A stretch of DNA of 64,000 nucleotides from Felis catus (lineage: Eukaryota), in NCBI RefSeq assembly GCF_018350175.1, contig NC_058368.1:209748001-209812000 (forward strand), in the 5' to 3' direction. Both the position numbers and the translations under genes were made by a program. Below the pieces are notes generated by a model. That model was given only the letters and a program-made list of their open reading frames with translations. It was not told the DNA's origin and made no database searches. Positions 47,921-61,752 of the stretch are shown here, one piece after another (the first letter of the stretch is position 1; every line of letters starts with the position of its first letter).

Positions 47921-50294
47921 CAAAACTTATTGCAACTCAGCATGGGAGCTATCCATCTTAAAAAAACCTATTACAATATTAATTCGGATGTGATGGGAAG
48001 CCTGGTACACTGTATATTCATACTTCTGGAAGAAGCAGGGTTAGCCAGAATGGATTGTTAAGAAATTAGATAAAAATTTGGGATTGTTTAGTTTGTCACT
48101 TTTCACCTATGTGCAAAATTATATTTCAATGATTTGAAACTTTTGTGCAATCACCTGGATACCTGGCTATAGATAATAGGATAATACAAACATGCAAACC
48201 TTCCAGTTTACTGATCTGTGTCCTCTTGTAAGGAACCAGGAGGGGGTCTGCCACAAACAGGTGGTCCTGCTAGCTAATTGTTTTTCTCTTTTTAAGAGCC
48301 ATTTGACATTAACTATTCTAAAATGATAATTATTCTTTTGGCAGATGTCCTCCAAAATTTATTGCTCTGTATCTAGTAACGACTGCTGCAGGCTAATTCG
48401 TGTAGTTCCTCTAGGGGCACGTTGTGCAGCTAACTCATCCAGGCAGGTTCACTGGGAAGCTTTTGCGCGTGAGAGCATTTCTGAGATTTTTTTTTTTTTT
48501 TGACCTTGCTGAATGATTGGTAACACCTGTTTTAACTAGAGTCCATGCCAAGAGCATCAGAGCCACGATCCATGGTATAGAATGCCACAACCTTAGCATT
48601 TACTTGTTGCCATGCTGGAGTAGACCATGTCTCTTGAGAAAATTCCTACCTTTGTGGCAAGTATTCAACAGATGCTTACTTTACCACTTATTCATCTGAT
48701 CTTAAAAGCATCTGGAAGCACCCTTAACCAGCATGTCGGACTATCTACACACTGGGTCTTTGGAAACTAGTGATCTGTGTTTCCCTGGGGCCATACTAGA
48801 TGGAGAGGTGGGTGGGGTGGGGTTGAAATAATGGAAATAAAGTTGGATATTTCTGGCCCACTGGCTGTCCCCAGTCCAGACTTGCAAGATCTTCAGCCTC
48901 GCCCTGCAATCCCATTTTTGATTCCAGTGGCTCCTGCTGTTTCCTCCTCTCTAGGCTTGAGGTTGGCCTCATGGGCCCTGGCTCCTGGGTTGCTTCTCTG
49001 GTTTCCTGGAAACTACTCTCTGTAGCTGAATTTGAGGCACACTCTAGCCTATTAGCTGCCTTGGGCTTTCCTTAGGCTTGATTTTCTATTTTTGTTTATT
49101 TTATCCCTGCTGTTGATTCCTTATTCTAATTTATATTATGTCATAATATTATTGTACAGGTTCTTGCTGAAAAGCTCTTCAAGTTTCCCGAGGACTAATA
49201 CAGGACACAAATAAATATTCAGAACAGTGACACTGATGTCCCTCTCCCCATTGAGAGACTGGTGATGAACGTCATCTATGTATTTTATTCCTGTACATCA
49301 AAAGAGCCTTGGGGATGATGAAATATCACCCATTTCACTGTGTTGATCAAGGGAGGTCTTGGTTGCCTGGGTCAGGAGAGGGGAGCTTTACCTTATCAGG
49401 CACATTTTCCAAGTATTCCAGATAGGCAAATGGCCCATGAAATGATCACATACCAGGATTTAGTCTTAGGACTGAGTAGGTAGAAAAAATTATCACCTGG
49501 GTCTTTCATTTTTGTTGAAAAAAAAAAAAAAAGGAAGGAAACTAAATATAGCTAACTGAATTTCCAATCTGGCATAAATTTAAAATGTACAATTTTAGCT
49601 CAATTGGCAGCATCTAACAATCAGATTTTAAAAAATGTCATTTTGGACTGTGCGTCTAGGGTAGAAGTTATCCTGGGGAAAACTCGCAAAACTTGTCTGT
49701 CCGATTCTTGGTCTCTCTTTTTCTCTCCTCTTTCTCCCCCGCCCCGCCTCTTACTGTGCATTTCTCCTCATTTTTCCTCCTCCCTTTGCCTAATACCGTG
49801 TGGAGTTTCCACACGGGCCCCACTGCTGTGCTTAATAATAGCTGTAGCTGCTATTTATCAAGCCTTTACCACTTGCCAGGCGTCGTGTGAAGCACCCCGG
49901 ATACATTACCTCACTCGCTCCTCCCCACAGCCCTCCAGAAGGATGGGCATATTTGTGTAATGAGCCCAGTCAGACGTGCTGGTTAATAGCTGCATTATGC
50001 CCTTTGTCAGCACTCCAAATAACAGTTATTGGTATTCTTGACTTTTTCATGCTTGGCTTAAAATTTATTGGTAAATATGATGCTGGCTACAGAAAGAAAC
50101 TAGCAGGTGGACTGTGGGGAATTGGAGTTATGCTTTATATATACTTTTAATCCTTTCCCTGAGCAGTAATCACTGGTGGTAAATGAAAGTCCTGGGAGCT
50201 GTCGTTTTATGTTGAAATGGCATTGCTTCTTTCCCTGGAGTTGTTTTAACACTGGTAGGAATGTGTCAGAGCCCACAGGAAAGTGTTAAGTTTT

Positions 50295-50320
50295 GTACAA
50301 TTTTTTTTTAATGTTTACTT

Positions 50321-50375
<55 letters not shown>

Positions 50376-50541
50376 CACAAGTTGGGGAGGGGCGGAGAGA
50401 GAGGGAGACACAGAATCCAAAGCAGGCTCCAGGTTCTGAGCTGGCAGCACAGAGCCTGATGCAGGGCTCGAACCCACAAACTGTGAGATCATGACTTGAG
50501 CCCAAGTCGGATGCTTAACTGACTGAGCCACCCAGGCACCC
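50295..50541 (-). mobile_element. CAN-SINE
   Basis: TSD GAAAGTGTTAAGTTTT at 50279-50294 and 50543-50558. Confidence 0.95.
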
Positions 50542-51408
50542 TGAAAGTGTTAAGTTTTAAATTAAACTTTCCTAGTAGGCTCAATAGTAACCAACATTTT
50601 CAGTACTTAACCCTAAGCGAAAATAAAAGTACCAAGTGTTTGTGCTAGGTATTTCATAGGCAAGATGTTCCAAGCTGTCTCTGGAAGGTTGGAGGCAATG
50701 AATCAGGAAAGTGTGGCAGGTCCATGCTGTGGATCCCCAGGCTGGGGTGTTTGTTTGTTTTCCCTTTTCTTGGCATGTGCATCACCTTCTTACCTTCCTG
50801 ACCGTCATAGCGAACCCACCTGTGTGCAGAGTTCTCCAGAGTTCTTCTGCTTCACATGTAAAGACCTAAGGTTGCTTTCAAAGTCAGAATCTGGAGCTCT
50901 GGGGACTGGCAGATGTTCCCCAGCCAGGCAGCCGGGTTCTCACACAGGGGACAGAGCCAGCTTGTTGGGTGAGAGGGCACCGAGGGAGCACTGTCTTGCA
51001 TCAGACGCTGTAGGTCTTTCATCATGCTGTTCTGACAATGACAATGAGGCTGGAACAACCACAGCTGGAAACTGATGCAACAGGACGGAAGGGGCTGGTA
51101 GCACGGGGAGTTAGGTGGCCCTTGCAGGGGGGAAGATGGGAAGGGAAATTGAAAACAATGTCTTGAGGCACTGAACTTAAATTACTGGCTGCATACGACC
51201 TGTGACCATCCCATATCTTTTAAGATGAGCTTAAAGGGGGTACAGTTAAGTCCCTCACAGGGCAAGTGATAGGGATGTTAGAGATTCATCAGAAAATCAG
51301 CCTTTCTTCGTTTTGTTAACATGAATAAGTTCTGGGCAACAGTTGGGTTCTAGATATCGTCATTAATTTGTGAAAGGAAGCTTTAATGTTAACCGATCCA
51401 CAACTTAC

Positions 51409-51876
51409 TGGAGTGGTCTGAACAAAAGCCCCCAAAGATGATTGGTCCTAATACTTGGAACCTGAGACTATTTCTTTATTTTTGGAAGATTGTCTTCACA
51501 AGTGTGATTCAGTTAGGGATCCAGAGAAGGAAAGATAGTCTTGCATAATCATACTGTAATCCTTTCAAGAAGGACACAAGGGGAGATTTGACATACACAG
51601 AAGAGGAGAAAGTGATGTAACTATGAAGGCAGAGATTGGAGGGATGTGGCCACAAGCCATGGATTGCTGGTGGCCACCAGAAGCTGGAAGAGGTGAGGAG
51701 CAGAGTCTACCCTTGAGCCTATGGAGGGAGCTCAGCCCTGTTGACACATTGATGTGACCCAGTGATGACAGTGGTTTCAGATCTCTTGCCTCCAGAACTG
51801 TGAGGGAATAAGTTTTGTTGTTTTAAGCCACCAAGTCTGTGGTCATTTATTATAGCAGTCATAGGAACCTAATACA
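51409..51876 (+). mobile_element. MLT1D-like solo LTR
   Basis: GGCAGAGATTGGAGGGATGTGGCCACAAGCC...CCTCCAGAACTGTGAG...TTTTAAGCCACCAAG...ATAGGAACCTAATACA. Confidence 0.88.
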
Positions 51877-52136
51877 CTTACCTACCTTGAACCTCGTGAG
51901 TTAGAGTCTTAAGTCATAAATATAGTTCTCTCTACTGAAAAATATGTCAGAACCTGCATGTACTTGTAGAGAAGGAGATACGAGAAATTGGCAGCCATGG
52001 TTGCTTCTGAGAAGGAGAACCAAGAGAATAGAATCTAAAATAAGAGGCAGACTTACTGTTACATTTTATATATTCTGGTTCTGTTTGAGACTTTTTTCAA
52101 ATGCATGTATTCCTTTTTTTAAAACATCAACTTTTT

Positions 52137-53588
52137 ATAGACATATAGATCAATGGAACAGAACAGAGAGCCCAGAAATAAACCCATGGTCTTATGGTCA
52201 ATTAATCTTCCACAAAGGAGGCAGGAATATGCAATGGGAAAAAGACAGTCTTTTCAACAAATGGTGTTGAGTCAACTGTACAGCTACACGCAAAATGATG
52301 AAACCGGACCACTTTCTTACATCACACGCAAAAGTAAACTCAAGATGGATTAAGGACCCAAATGTGAGGCCGAAACCATAAAAATCCTAGAAGAGAGCCC
52401 AGGCAATAATTGCTCTAACATTGGCTACAGCAGCATTTTTCTAGATATGCTTCCTGAGATTCGGCAAACAAAAGCAAAACAAAAACAAAAACAAACAGCC
52501 AAAAACAAACAAATAACCCCCAAAACAAAACTATTGGGACAACTACATCAAAACAAAAAGCTTCTGCACAGCAAAGGAAGCAATCAATAAAACTAAAAGA
52601 TAACCTACTAAATAAGTCTGTAAATGACATGTCCAATAAAGGGTTAGTATCCAAAATAGATAAATAGCTTATACAACTCAACACCAGAAAAACAAATAAT
52701 CCAACTAGAAAAACCAGGCAGAAGACATGAATAGGCACTTCTGTAAAGAAGACATCCAGATGGCCAACAGATACATGAAAAAATGCTCAACATCACTCAT
52801 CAGGGAAATGCAAATCAAAACCACAATGAGATATCACCTCACACCTGTCAGAATGGCTAAAACCAAAAACACAAGAAACAACAAGTGTTGGTGAGGAAGT
52901 GGAGAAAAAGGAACTCTATTGCACTGTTGGTGGGAATGCAAACCAGTGCAGCCACTGTGTAAAACAGTATGGAGCTTCCTCAAAAAGTTAAAAATAGAAT
53001 TACCATATGATCTAGGAAACGGCACTACTCGGTATTTACCCAGAGAATATGAAAACAGTAATTCAAAAGGATATATGCACCCCTATATTTATTGCAGCAT
53101 TATTTATGATAGCCAAATTATGGAAGCAGCCTGAGTGTCCATCAGTAGATGAATGGATAAAGATGTGGTATATATACACAATGAAATATTACTCAGCCAT
53201 AAAAATGAATGAAATCTTGCCATTTGCAACAGCATGGTTGGATCTAGAGAATATAATGGTAGGTGAAATAAGTCAGTCAGAGAAAGACAAACACCAATAT
53301 GATTTCACTCACATGTGAAATTTAAGAAATAAAACAAACAAAGGGAAAAAAAGAGACAAACCAAAACCCAGTCTCTCAGCCATAGAGAACAAACAGATGG
53401 TTACCAGGGGGGTGGTGGGTGGGGGACAGGCGTATAGGTGAAGGGGATGAAGAGTAAACTTATGATGAGCACTGAGTGATGTACAGAACTGTTGAATCAC
53501 TATATTGTAAACCTGAAACTAATATAACACTGTATGTTAACTATACTGGAATTATAAATAAATAAGTAAATAACTAAATAAAATATTA
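52137..53588 (+). mobile_element. 5'-truncated carnivore L1 (ORF2 end and 3' UTR)
   Basis: ORF2 remnants [16 protein letters not shown]...LFNKWC and [19 protein letters not shown], disrupted; A-rich tail. Confidence 0.93.
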
Positions 53589-53594
53589 AAACCT

Positions 53595-54010
53595 TTTAAA
53601 TTTAGGATAGTTTTAGATTTACAGAAAAATTACAAATATGGCTCAGAGGTTCCATATACCTACATCCACATCCTCCTATTACTAGCATCTTATATTATTA
53701 ATATGGTACATTTTTCACAATTTGTCACAATGAACCATATTGATACAGTATTTACGTACTTTATTTGAATTTCCTTCATTTTTACCTAATGTACTTTTTC
53801 TGTTCCAAGATCCCATCTAAGATTTCACATTACATTTAGTTGTCCTGTCTCCTTAGGCTCCTCTTTGCTGTGATAGTTTCTCAGACTTTCCTTGTTTTTG
53901 ATGACCTTGACAGTTTCAGTAAGTACTAGTCAGTAGTGGCTACTAGTCAGTATAATATCTCTGAATTGGGATTTATGATGTTTTTCTCATGATTAGATTG
54001 TGGCATGTTT
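53595..54010 (-). mobile_element. Old L1MC-like 3' fragment
   Basis: TAGTTTTAGATTTACAGAAAAATT, CAGACTTTCCTTGTTTTTGATGACCTTGACAG. Confidence 0.75.
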
Positions 54011-55074
54011 TCCTTTTTCAATTAAAAACTAGTTAATAGAAAAGGGAATATATTATTAGTACAATAAAAATACTTGTGTAGATTATTGTCAGTATTAAAA
54101 GAGTACATATGTGTATGCAGATACAAATATTGTTTAGGACATTATTTAGCATTTAGTCTATACTGCATGGGTATTATGTATTACCGGAACTGCTATTTTA
54201 TGAGGTAAAACGTTAAAAGCATACACTAAATAAATGTTTGGAGAAAAAGATGTTATGTAGGATAATGTGGTGAAGTCAGGAAGGTCGCTATTACAGTCTC
54301 AGCCCTATCACTTGGTAGTTCCATGATCTGGGGCAAATAAGCTCTCTGAGCTTCAGTTTCAAAATCTGTAGAATGGGGATAATAATACGTGCTTAATAGG
54401 GTGGTGGTAAATGTTAAGAAAAAAATGTGCAAAACTTGAATGCAGCTACATTAATTTTGTGTTGTTCTTAAGTTTAATATTGGAAGATAAACTAGATACA
54501 GCAGATTGTGACTAATTTGCCGGTAAGACAAGTAAAGTACAAATAAAGCAGCCAAGTTATTGCTTTAAGTTGGCTGTATTTATAAACATCGCAGCCCTTC
54601 TAATTGTGATTCATCCATCAAATACCTGTTGTCTATCAGAGGTGAAATTCTGAGCAGCACAAAGTTACAAAAGACAGGGTGCTTGCTTACAGTATAACAG
54701 AGCCGGGAATGAAATGACCCATGAGTGCGAAGAGGAGGGGGTATTTCTGGCAGCTGGGGCAGCTTTGTCTTGAAATACAGGTGGCTAGAATTTTTATACC
54801 TTATCTTCTCTTGATTATCAACATATTGGATGCATACCGCAGAAAATTTGAAAAAGTATAGACAAGTAGAAGGAAAATATTCAAACATAAATCTATTTTG
54901 GCATAGTTCTTTCTGGTGTGTTTAACCATGAATTTGTTAAAGAATTGCTGAGATCATATTATATATACAATTTAGTATCCAGTGTTTCCCCATTTACTGT
55001 ATCATAAACATTCTTTTGTGACATTCAGATCGCTCCTCAAAGCATCATTTAAAATAGTTGCATAATATTTCCGT

Positions 55075-55537
55075 GTGCTAATAGCAAACAGGGTTGGCTC
55101 TTGTGAAAGAGACACAAAATAAGAGTGGGCTCACCAAGGTAGAAATTTGTGTCTCTGTGGTGGCCCTCCAAGCCAGTGGCTCCGAGTCTCGGCTCCTTTA
55201 TTGTATAGCTCTGCCATCCCCTGGGGTGGCCCTCATCTGCATGATCCAAGCTGTCTCACCACCCCGTTTATGTGAACACAAGAAGGAAGGGAAAGCAGAT
55301 AGGGAAGACACACCCCTAATCTTTAAGGACACAACCCAGAATGTAGGCCTATCACTCCTGCTCACATCCCATTGACAAGACTGGTCATTTGGCTCTAACT
55401 AGCTGCAAGGTAGGACGGGAAATGTATTTATTCTAGGTGATTCTCTGCCCTGCTAAAAACCAGTGTTTCTACTTTAGGTTCTCCTTCCGTAGAAGGAAAA
55501 GACTGACACTGAGGGTCGACTAGCAGTTTCTGCCACC
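55075..55537 (-). mobile_element. Old MLT1 (J/K-like) LTR
   Basis: GCTCACATCCCATTGACAAGACTGGTCATTTGGC...AGCTGCAAGG...GGAAATGT; end CTAGCAGTTTCTGCCAC. Confidence 0.6.
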
Positions 55538-55944
55538 CTTCGTGTGGCCACATACTGCTTCTAGACACCACATGCTGTTGCTAGAGGTTTTTGCATTTTC
55601 TTTTGCTGTAATGATAACTCCTTAACATTTTTGTGTTTACCAAGTGTCAAGTGTTTAACGTATTAGTTCATTTAAGCCTCACAGGAATCTTATGGATAAT
55701 ACTATTATCCCTATCTTCAAATGTGGCAAGTGACGTTCAGGAGTTTGCACAAGGTTATATTACTGGTAAGTAGAGTGGCCAGCATTTGAACCTAGACTCC
55801 ATGTTCTATAACCGCCACTTTATGCTTCTCATCTTTGACCATTTACTGATGATTTCCTTGAAAAAGATTTCTAGCAGAGGAATTACTGAGTCAATGGCTA
55901 TGGGCGTTTTTGAGGCTTTTGATATATCTTTCCCAGTTACTTTA

Positions 55945-56154
55945 ACTTTTTTAATGTTTATTTATTTTTGAGAGAGAGACAGACAGATAGTGAGTGGGGG
56001 AGGGGCAGCGAGAGAGGGAGACACAGAATCGGAAGCAGGCTCCAGGCTCTGAGCCGTCAGCACAGGGCCTGACGCGGGGCTCGAATGCACGAACCGTGAG
56101 ATCATGACCTGAGCCGAAGTCGGACACTAAGTGACTGAGCCGCCCAGGCGCCCC
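55945..56154 (-). mobile_element. CAN-SINE
   Basis: Reverse-complement SINE, fairly CpG-rich. Confidence 0.93.
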
Positions 56155-57536
56155 AGAAGTGCATTCTTGAGTAGAGAAATGAGAGCCGATGGAAAACTGT
56201 ACAATTCATTTCCAGGCAAGTCGTTGCTCACGCTTGTTCTTAGGTTGTCTCAAGTAAGTTATCATGCAATCAATCCGTGGTCTACATGTGTAGACACCAC
56301 CTGTGGTATGTAGGGTGGCAGCTCCATGAAACTAACACTTGTCTATAGGATAAATGGGGGAGATGTCTAAGTGACCTCTTACTGAATTACCCTAAAGTCT
56401 CGTCAAAGGCATTGAGACACTAACTGGAAAAAAATTTTTTTTCCTCCTCTTCATTTCTGTCAAATTTAATTTTTTTGTTTTCTTTTCCTGGAACTCTAGT
56501 AGCTATCAAGCATGTATTGCTGGGAGCCAAATTGGCCATTTTATCTTTGTCCATTGCAGAACTTTGATTTTTCTTTCTAGGGGTAATGCATTTCCACTTA
56601 GAGGACAGCTAAGTGAAAATGCACTCCGGAAACAAGATTTGTTCTGTCGGCTTCTTTCAATTTGTCAGAAGGACAAAAATCTCCCCAGCCTCAGTCTGTA
56701 ATAATGCCCTCAGATTACTTAGCATCATCTTCCACCTGCTTTTCTTATCTGGATTATCTACCACTTGTGGCAGGGAAGAAGAAAATGAACACATTTAGAA
56801 TGTAACGTTCTGTATATCCGTGTATTGCCAAAGCTAATTGTTTTCAACAAGGTGTCTTATAGCTGATTAAAATGATCAGGGCCTATAAGTATAAAATAAA
56901 CAATAGTGGAGTTTTACAAGCCTTTTACATAACTCTTTCATGTGCTGACACTGATTTCTAAAACACAAGTCCTGAGTTAAGCCATGATTATCCTTCAAAA
57001 TAGAAAGATGAATGGCCCATTCATTAAGGAAACTTTTTGAGGTTCCTCCATGCTCTATCCAGTTAGTGAGAGGCATTTTCCCCCCCAAATCCTCATTTGC
57101 AGAGGAGGAAACTGAGGCCACTAATCGCTTAAGGATTTTTGCTTTTCAATCCAACTGGGTATGAACAATGTTGAATATTCGACACAACTTTTAAGTCTCC
57201 TAAATCCCAGCACCATCTTCAAAGCACATAAGGCTTTCCTCTTCAGGCTGGCCATTTGCTCTGACACAGACCTGATGTCTTTTGCTTGTATATTTGATGT
57301 TAACCATGGATAATGGAAAAGCAGAAAGAGGTTTTTATTGTCTTCACAGAGTAGGTCTAGTAAAAAAAGAAGGATACTATCTCATGCTTGCCCTGGCCAT
57401 GTAAGTAGCATTTTCTTTTCTCTGGGTTCCTCCTCCTCACCTCGCCCTCCATCCCTATCCTGGGCAGACTCATGGTGACAGTGCTACTGTTGGGCAGTTC
57501 CAGTTCACTATCATCTGAGAGGTTTCCTGGAGGTCG

Positions 57537-57621
57537 AAATCTGTGTCTCCCTCTCTCTCTGCCCCTCCCCCCCAATCGTGCTGTCTTTCTCTCTCAAAAA
57601 TGAATAAACATTAAAAAAAAA
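57537..57621 (+). mobile_element. 5'-truncated CAN-SINE (3' half only)
   Basis: TCTGTGTCTCCCTCTCTCTCTGCCCCTCCCC...AATAAACATTAAAAAAAAA with no tRNA head. Confidence 0.85.
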
Positions 57622-57644
57622 GGTGTTATGAAGCTCTCAAAAAT

Positions 57645-57837
57645 GTTTTATGTTTATTTTTGAGAGAGAGAGAGAGAACAAGCAGGAGAGGGGCAGAGAG
57701 AGACACAGAATCTCAAGTGGGCTCCAGGCTCTGAACTGTCAGCACAGAGCCCCATGTGGGGCTTGAACCCATAAACTGTGAGATTATGACCTGAGCCGAA
57801 GTTGGGTGCTTAACTGACTGAGACACCCAGGTGCCTC
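57645..57837 (-). mobile_element. CAN-SINE
   Basis: TSD AAGYTCTCAA at 57631-57640 and 57839-57848. Confidence 0.93.
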
Positions 57838-58834
57838 TAAGTTCTCAATTTTTAAAAAAGTCATTGAATTGTTTTTGTGTTGTATATGTTTGTTTATATT
57901 ACATATATACATATATATATGTATACATATAATGTATGTATACAAATACATACACATCGTATCTGTGCTACTGAAAGTCCCAGAAGGTAGTGCAAAATTA
58001 AGCGAATTTTGTTGTTTTTTTTTTTAATTTCATAAAGGAAAACAGATGGAACACGGTGCCAGGCTGAAAGGAGCTTACCATGATAGGTAACTGACAAGCA
58101 AGGGTGTTAGAGATAGAATATCAAAATTCCAGAAACATTGTGAATGCCTGATTCAGGGAAATTATACTCCATCTAGAGTAAAACCACCTCTTAGCTACAT
58201 TGGTTCTTGACCCAGGGAAGGTTCTTCTTAGGGGACATTTAGAAAAGTGTGAGGGTATTTTTGGTTGCCACAGCAACAGGAAAGGGAAGGTGGGAAATGG
58301 GGAAGGGTGGCGGAGAAGGTAGAGGGGTGGGGGAACAAGCAACATTTGGTGTCAGCAATCCGGGATGCCCCACGCCTATAGTTCTCAGGGCAGTCGTTGA
58401 TGGCTTGTCTCACTGAAATAATAGTAACCTGTCTACGAGAGACACCAAAAGGGAAGAGGATAGTACTCAAACAGATGCTAACACTGGTCATTTGGAATTC
58501 ATCAAGTTAAAGATGCTGCCATTGAATTGAGAACTTGCTTAGTGTTCGTTCTACACTCCCCTTGCCTTCAGACACTGGACAGGAAGCACACTGAGAGTCT
58601 CCTGGGCTTTCTCTGTTTATCTCTCTCCTGTGGTTGCACTGTGATGAGTCACACAGGCTGGACCAGCCTCCCTTACCCCCTTGGTCATGATCACCACCAC
58701 CATCATCAACCACCTGGAGAGGGAGTAGGTCGTGCAGACAGAGACTGCTCTGCCTTTGAGATCACAAGCTAGTTTGGGAGGCTGGAATTGTATGAAAGTC
58801 TGAAGGAGAAGTGTGTTCAAGACCAAAGGCTCTA

Positions 58835-59038
58835 GGGGGGCCTGAGTGGCTCAGCAGGTTGAGCATCCGACTTCGGCTCAGGTCATGATCTCGAGGTTCG
58901 TGAGTTCGGGCCCCCCATCCGGCTCTGTGCTGACAGCTCAGAGCCTGGAGCCTGCTTCTGATTCTGTGTCTCCCACTCTCTCTCTACGCCTCCCCCACAT
59001 GCACTCTGTCTCTCTCTGCCTCTCAAAAATGAAGAAAA

Positions 59039-59069
<31 letters not shown>
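58835..59069 (+). mobile_element. CAN-SINE with long poly(A), inserted in a MIR (about 58810-59285)
   Basis: TSD AAGACCAAAGGCTCTA at 58819-58834 and 59070-59085; MIR core GTGACCCCAGGCAAGTTATTTAACC continues after it. Confidence 0.94.
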
Positions 59070-59073
<4 letters not shown>

Positions 59074-60609
59074 CCAAAGGCTCTAGAATCAAATCATCTT
59101 AGTTGGAATTCCAACATTACCATTTATTAGTTTTGTGACCCCAGGCAAGTTATTTAACCTAGTTTTCTCCTCTGTAGAATGGGGATAACGATAATAATCA
59201 TCTTCAGAGTTTTCATAAAGATCAAATGAGACCATGTGTATAAAGAGCCCAGCACATAATAAGCATTCACTGAGTGTTTGCTCTTTTTATAAGGGAGGTG
59301 AAGAGCTAAATTTGGCTGAAGGGTTAAGAGTGCGCCTGCTGGACCCACACTGTTGAATTAAAAATGTTAGTCCCACAGCTTGTGGCCTTGGGAAACCTAC
59401 TTAAACTCACCGTACCTCATTTTCCTCATCAGTAAAATGGGGGATTATAATAGTCTCCACTTCAAAGGTCTGGAGTGACTTGATTTTAACCATGTAGATC
59501 TCTTAGAACAATGCTTGGCACATAGTAAGCTGTCCAAGAATCTTTGCTATAATTTTAATGGAGTAAGGCAGGCAAGCAATGATAGGAATGAAATAGGAAT
59601 CTAGATTTTAAAGGACAATTAATGAGTGCTTTATATAAAATGATGAAAGGGACAAGAGAAGCAATTTTGTTTGAATGCTTAATAAGTACTTGTAACTTAA
59701 CATCAAAGGAGTTGTTTTGAGCATTGAATAAAATAAGATACCCCCATGCCCACTGTCAGTGGTTGTTTTCTTATCCCAATTTTGCAGCCGAGTCTTACAG
59801 AGTTTTACCCAGGGTCTCATGATGAGCGATGGGCCCTTGGCTATATTTGCCTGTAAGCCCCTGTTGTTTTCCTCCTCCTTTCTGTCTCCAGCCACAGAAG
59901 GGAGGTGACGCAGGGGGTGTGGAGACATGAGGCATTAATTCAGCTGCAGTTAGAATTGGTACCTGGTTCCCAGGTTAATGCTTTCAAGTTCAAGATACTG
60001 CAGTGCCAGCCTCTTGATGACCACCAGATGTCAGTGCTAACAAGGAATTTCTCCCCTTCCTTCTGTTTCTAGAGCTAAGTGCCAGAGTAGACTTAAATCT
60101 TCATTTGGCAAGAAGCACCATCAGATATGTCTCTCTAAGAGAAATTTAACCTTGCCATGGAATCCACCTTCAAATTTATCCATGCGTAGAGTGATTTTGG
60201 AGGGCTGGGTCAGAGGAACATTTATTAGCGGAGCCCAGAACTGAATTTGGAAAATGGGTAGTGGTTGAACACTTGGATCTTGAAGATAGAAGTCCAAATC
60301 ATCACTTCCTAAGGAAAAACTTGTATTTCAAAGATAAAAGTTCCTTGAGGGTGGTCAGTTGTGGAAACCAAAAGGCATTTAAAACCTTGAATTCATGAGT
60401 TACTGATTGGCTATTATTCAGCAAAGTCTTTGAAATGTAGCTTTAAACTTTTAAATCATGGAGTGTAATTTATTCAGTGATGAAGGCCTATACACATACA
60501 TACATGATTAGAATAAAAATTTCCTGAACCAATCCAACATGTAGGACACTCTGATATTTTCTATTCTAGTCTACTCTATTCTATTCTTTTATTAAAAAAT
60601 GCTAGTGGG

Positions 60610-61484
60610 AATGCAAGCTGGTGCAGCCACTCTGGAAAACAGTATGGAGGTTCCTCAAAAAACTAAAAATAGAACTACCCTACAACCCAGCAACTGCACT
60701 ACTAGGCATTTATCCAAGGGATACAGGTGTGCTATTTTGAAGGGACACATGCACCCCCATGTTTATAGCAGCACTATCAACAATAGCCAAAGTATGGAAA
60801 GAGCCCAAATGTCCATCGATGGATGAATGGATAAAGAAGATGTGGTATATATATAAAATGGAGTATTACTTGGCAATCAAAAACAATGAAATCTTGCCAT
60901 TTGCAACTACGCGGATGGAACTGGAGGGTATTATGCTAAGTGAAATTAGTCAGAGAAAGACAAAAACCATATGACTTCACTCATATAAGGACTTTAAGAG
61001 ACAAAACAGATGAACATAAGGGAAGGGACACAAAAATAATATAAAAACCGGGAGAGGGACAAAACAGAAGAGAGTCATAAATATGGAGAACAAACAGAGG
61101 GTTACAGGAGGGCTTGTGGGAGGGGGATGGGCTAAATGGGTAAGGGGCACTAAGGAATCTACTCCTGAAATCATTGTTGCACTATATGCTAACTAACTTG
61201 GATGTAAATTTTAAAAAATAAAAAATAAAATTGGGGTGCCTGGGTAGCTTAGTTAAGCATCTGACTTCGGCTCAAGTCATGATCCCACAGCTTGTGGGTT
61301 CGAGCCCCACATCAGGCTCTGTGCTGACAGCTCAAAGCCTGGAGCCTGCTTCAGATTCTGAGTCTCCCTCTCACTCTGCCCTTCCCCTGCTCGCTGTCTT
61401 TCTCTCTTTCTCACACACACACACACACACACACAAATAAATAAACATTAAAAATAATAATAATAAAAAATAAAATTAAAAAAA
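60610..61484 (+). mobile_element. 5'-truncated felid L1 3' end with a CAN-SINE (61233-61465) in its tail
   Basis: ORF2 end MFIAALSTIAKVWKEPKCPSMDEWIKKMW, then 3' UTR; SINE TSD AAAAATAAAATT. Confidence 0.93.
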
Positions 61485-61572
61485 TATGTACATTTTTTGC
61501 ATTGTTATATTGGCTAGACATCCAAGACAATGTTGAATAAAAGAAGTGAAAATAGGAAAAAAAAATGCTAGT

Positions 61573-61752
61573 GGGGGTGGCTGGGTGGCTCAGTTGGATT
61601 CTTGATTTTGGCTCAGGTCATGATCTCATAATTCGCAGGTTCAAGCTCTGCATCTGGCTCTGTGCTGACAGTATGGGGCCTGCTTGAGATGGTCTCTCTC
61701 TGCCCCTCCTGCCCCCTCTTTTTTCTCTCTCTTTCTAAATAAATAAACATTT
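61573..61752 (+). mobile_element. CAN-SINE with internal deletion
   Basis: GGGGGTGGCTGGGTGGCTCAG head; flanked by AAAAAATGCTAG at 61560 and 61753. Confidence 0.9.

Noticed and set aside
59998..60035. CTCF upstream motif TGCAG plus core CCACCAGATGTCAG
   Set aside because: The 17-nt spacing seems longer than canonical and the core is imperfect; kept only as a weak core
366..61440. Many ORF-track entries such as MAQSVK..., ...SLSLSLSK and FIFERER
   Set aside because: They are translations of CAN-SINEs and their (CT)n tracts, not genes
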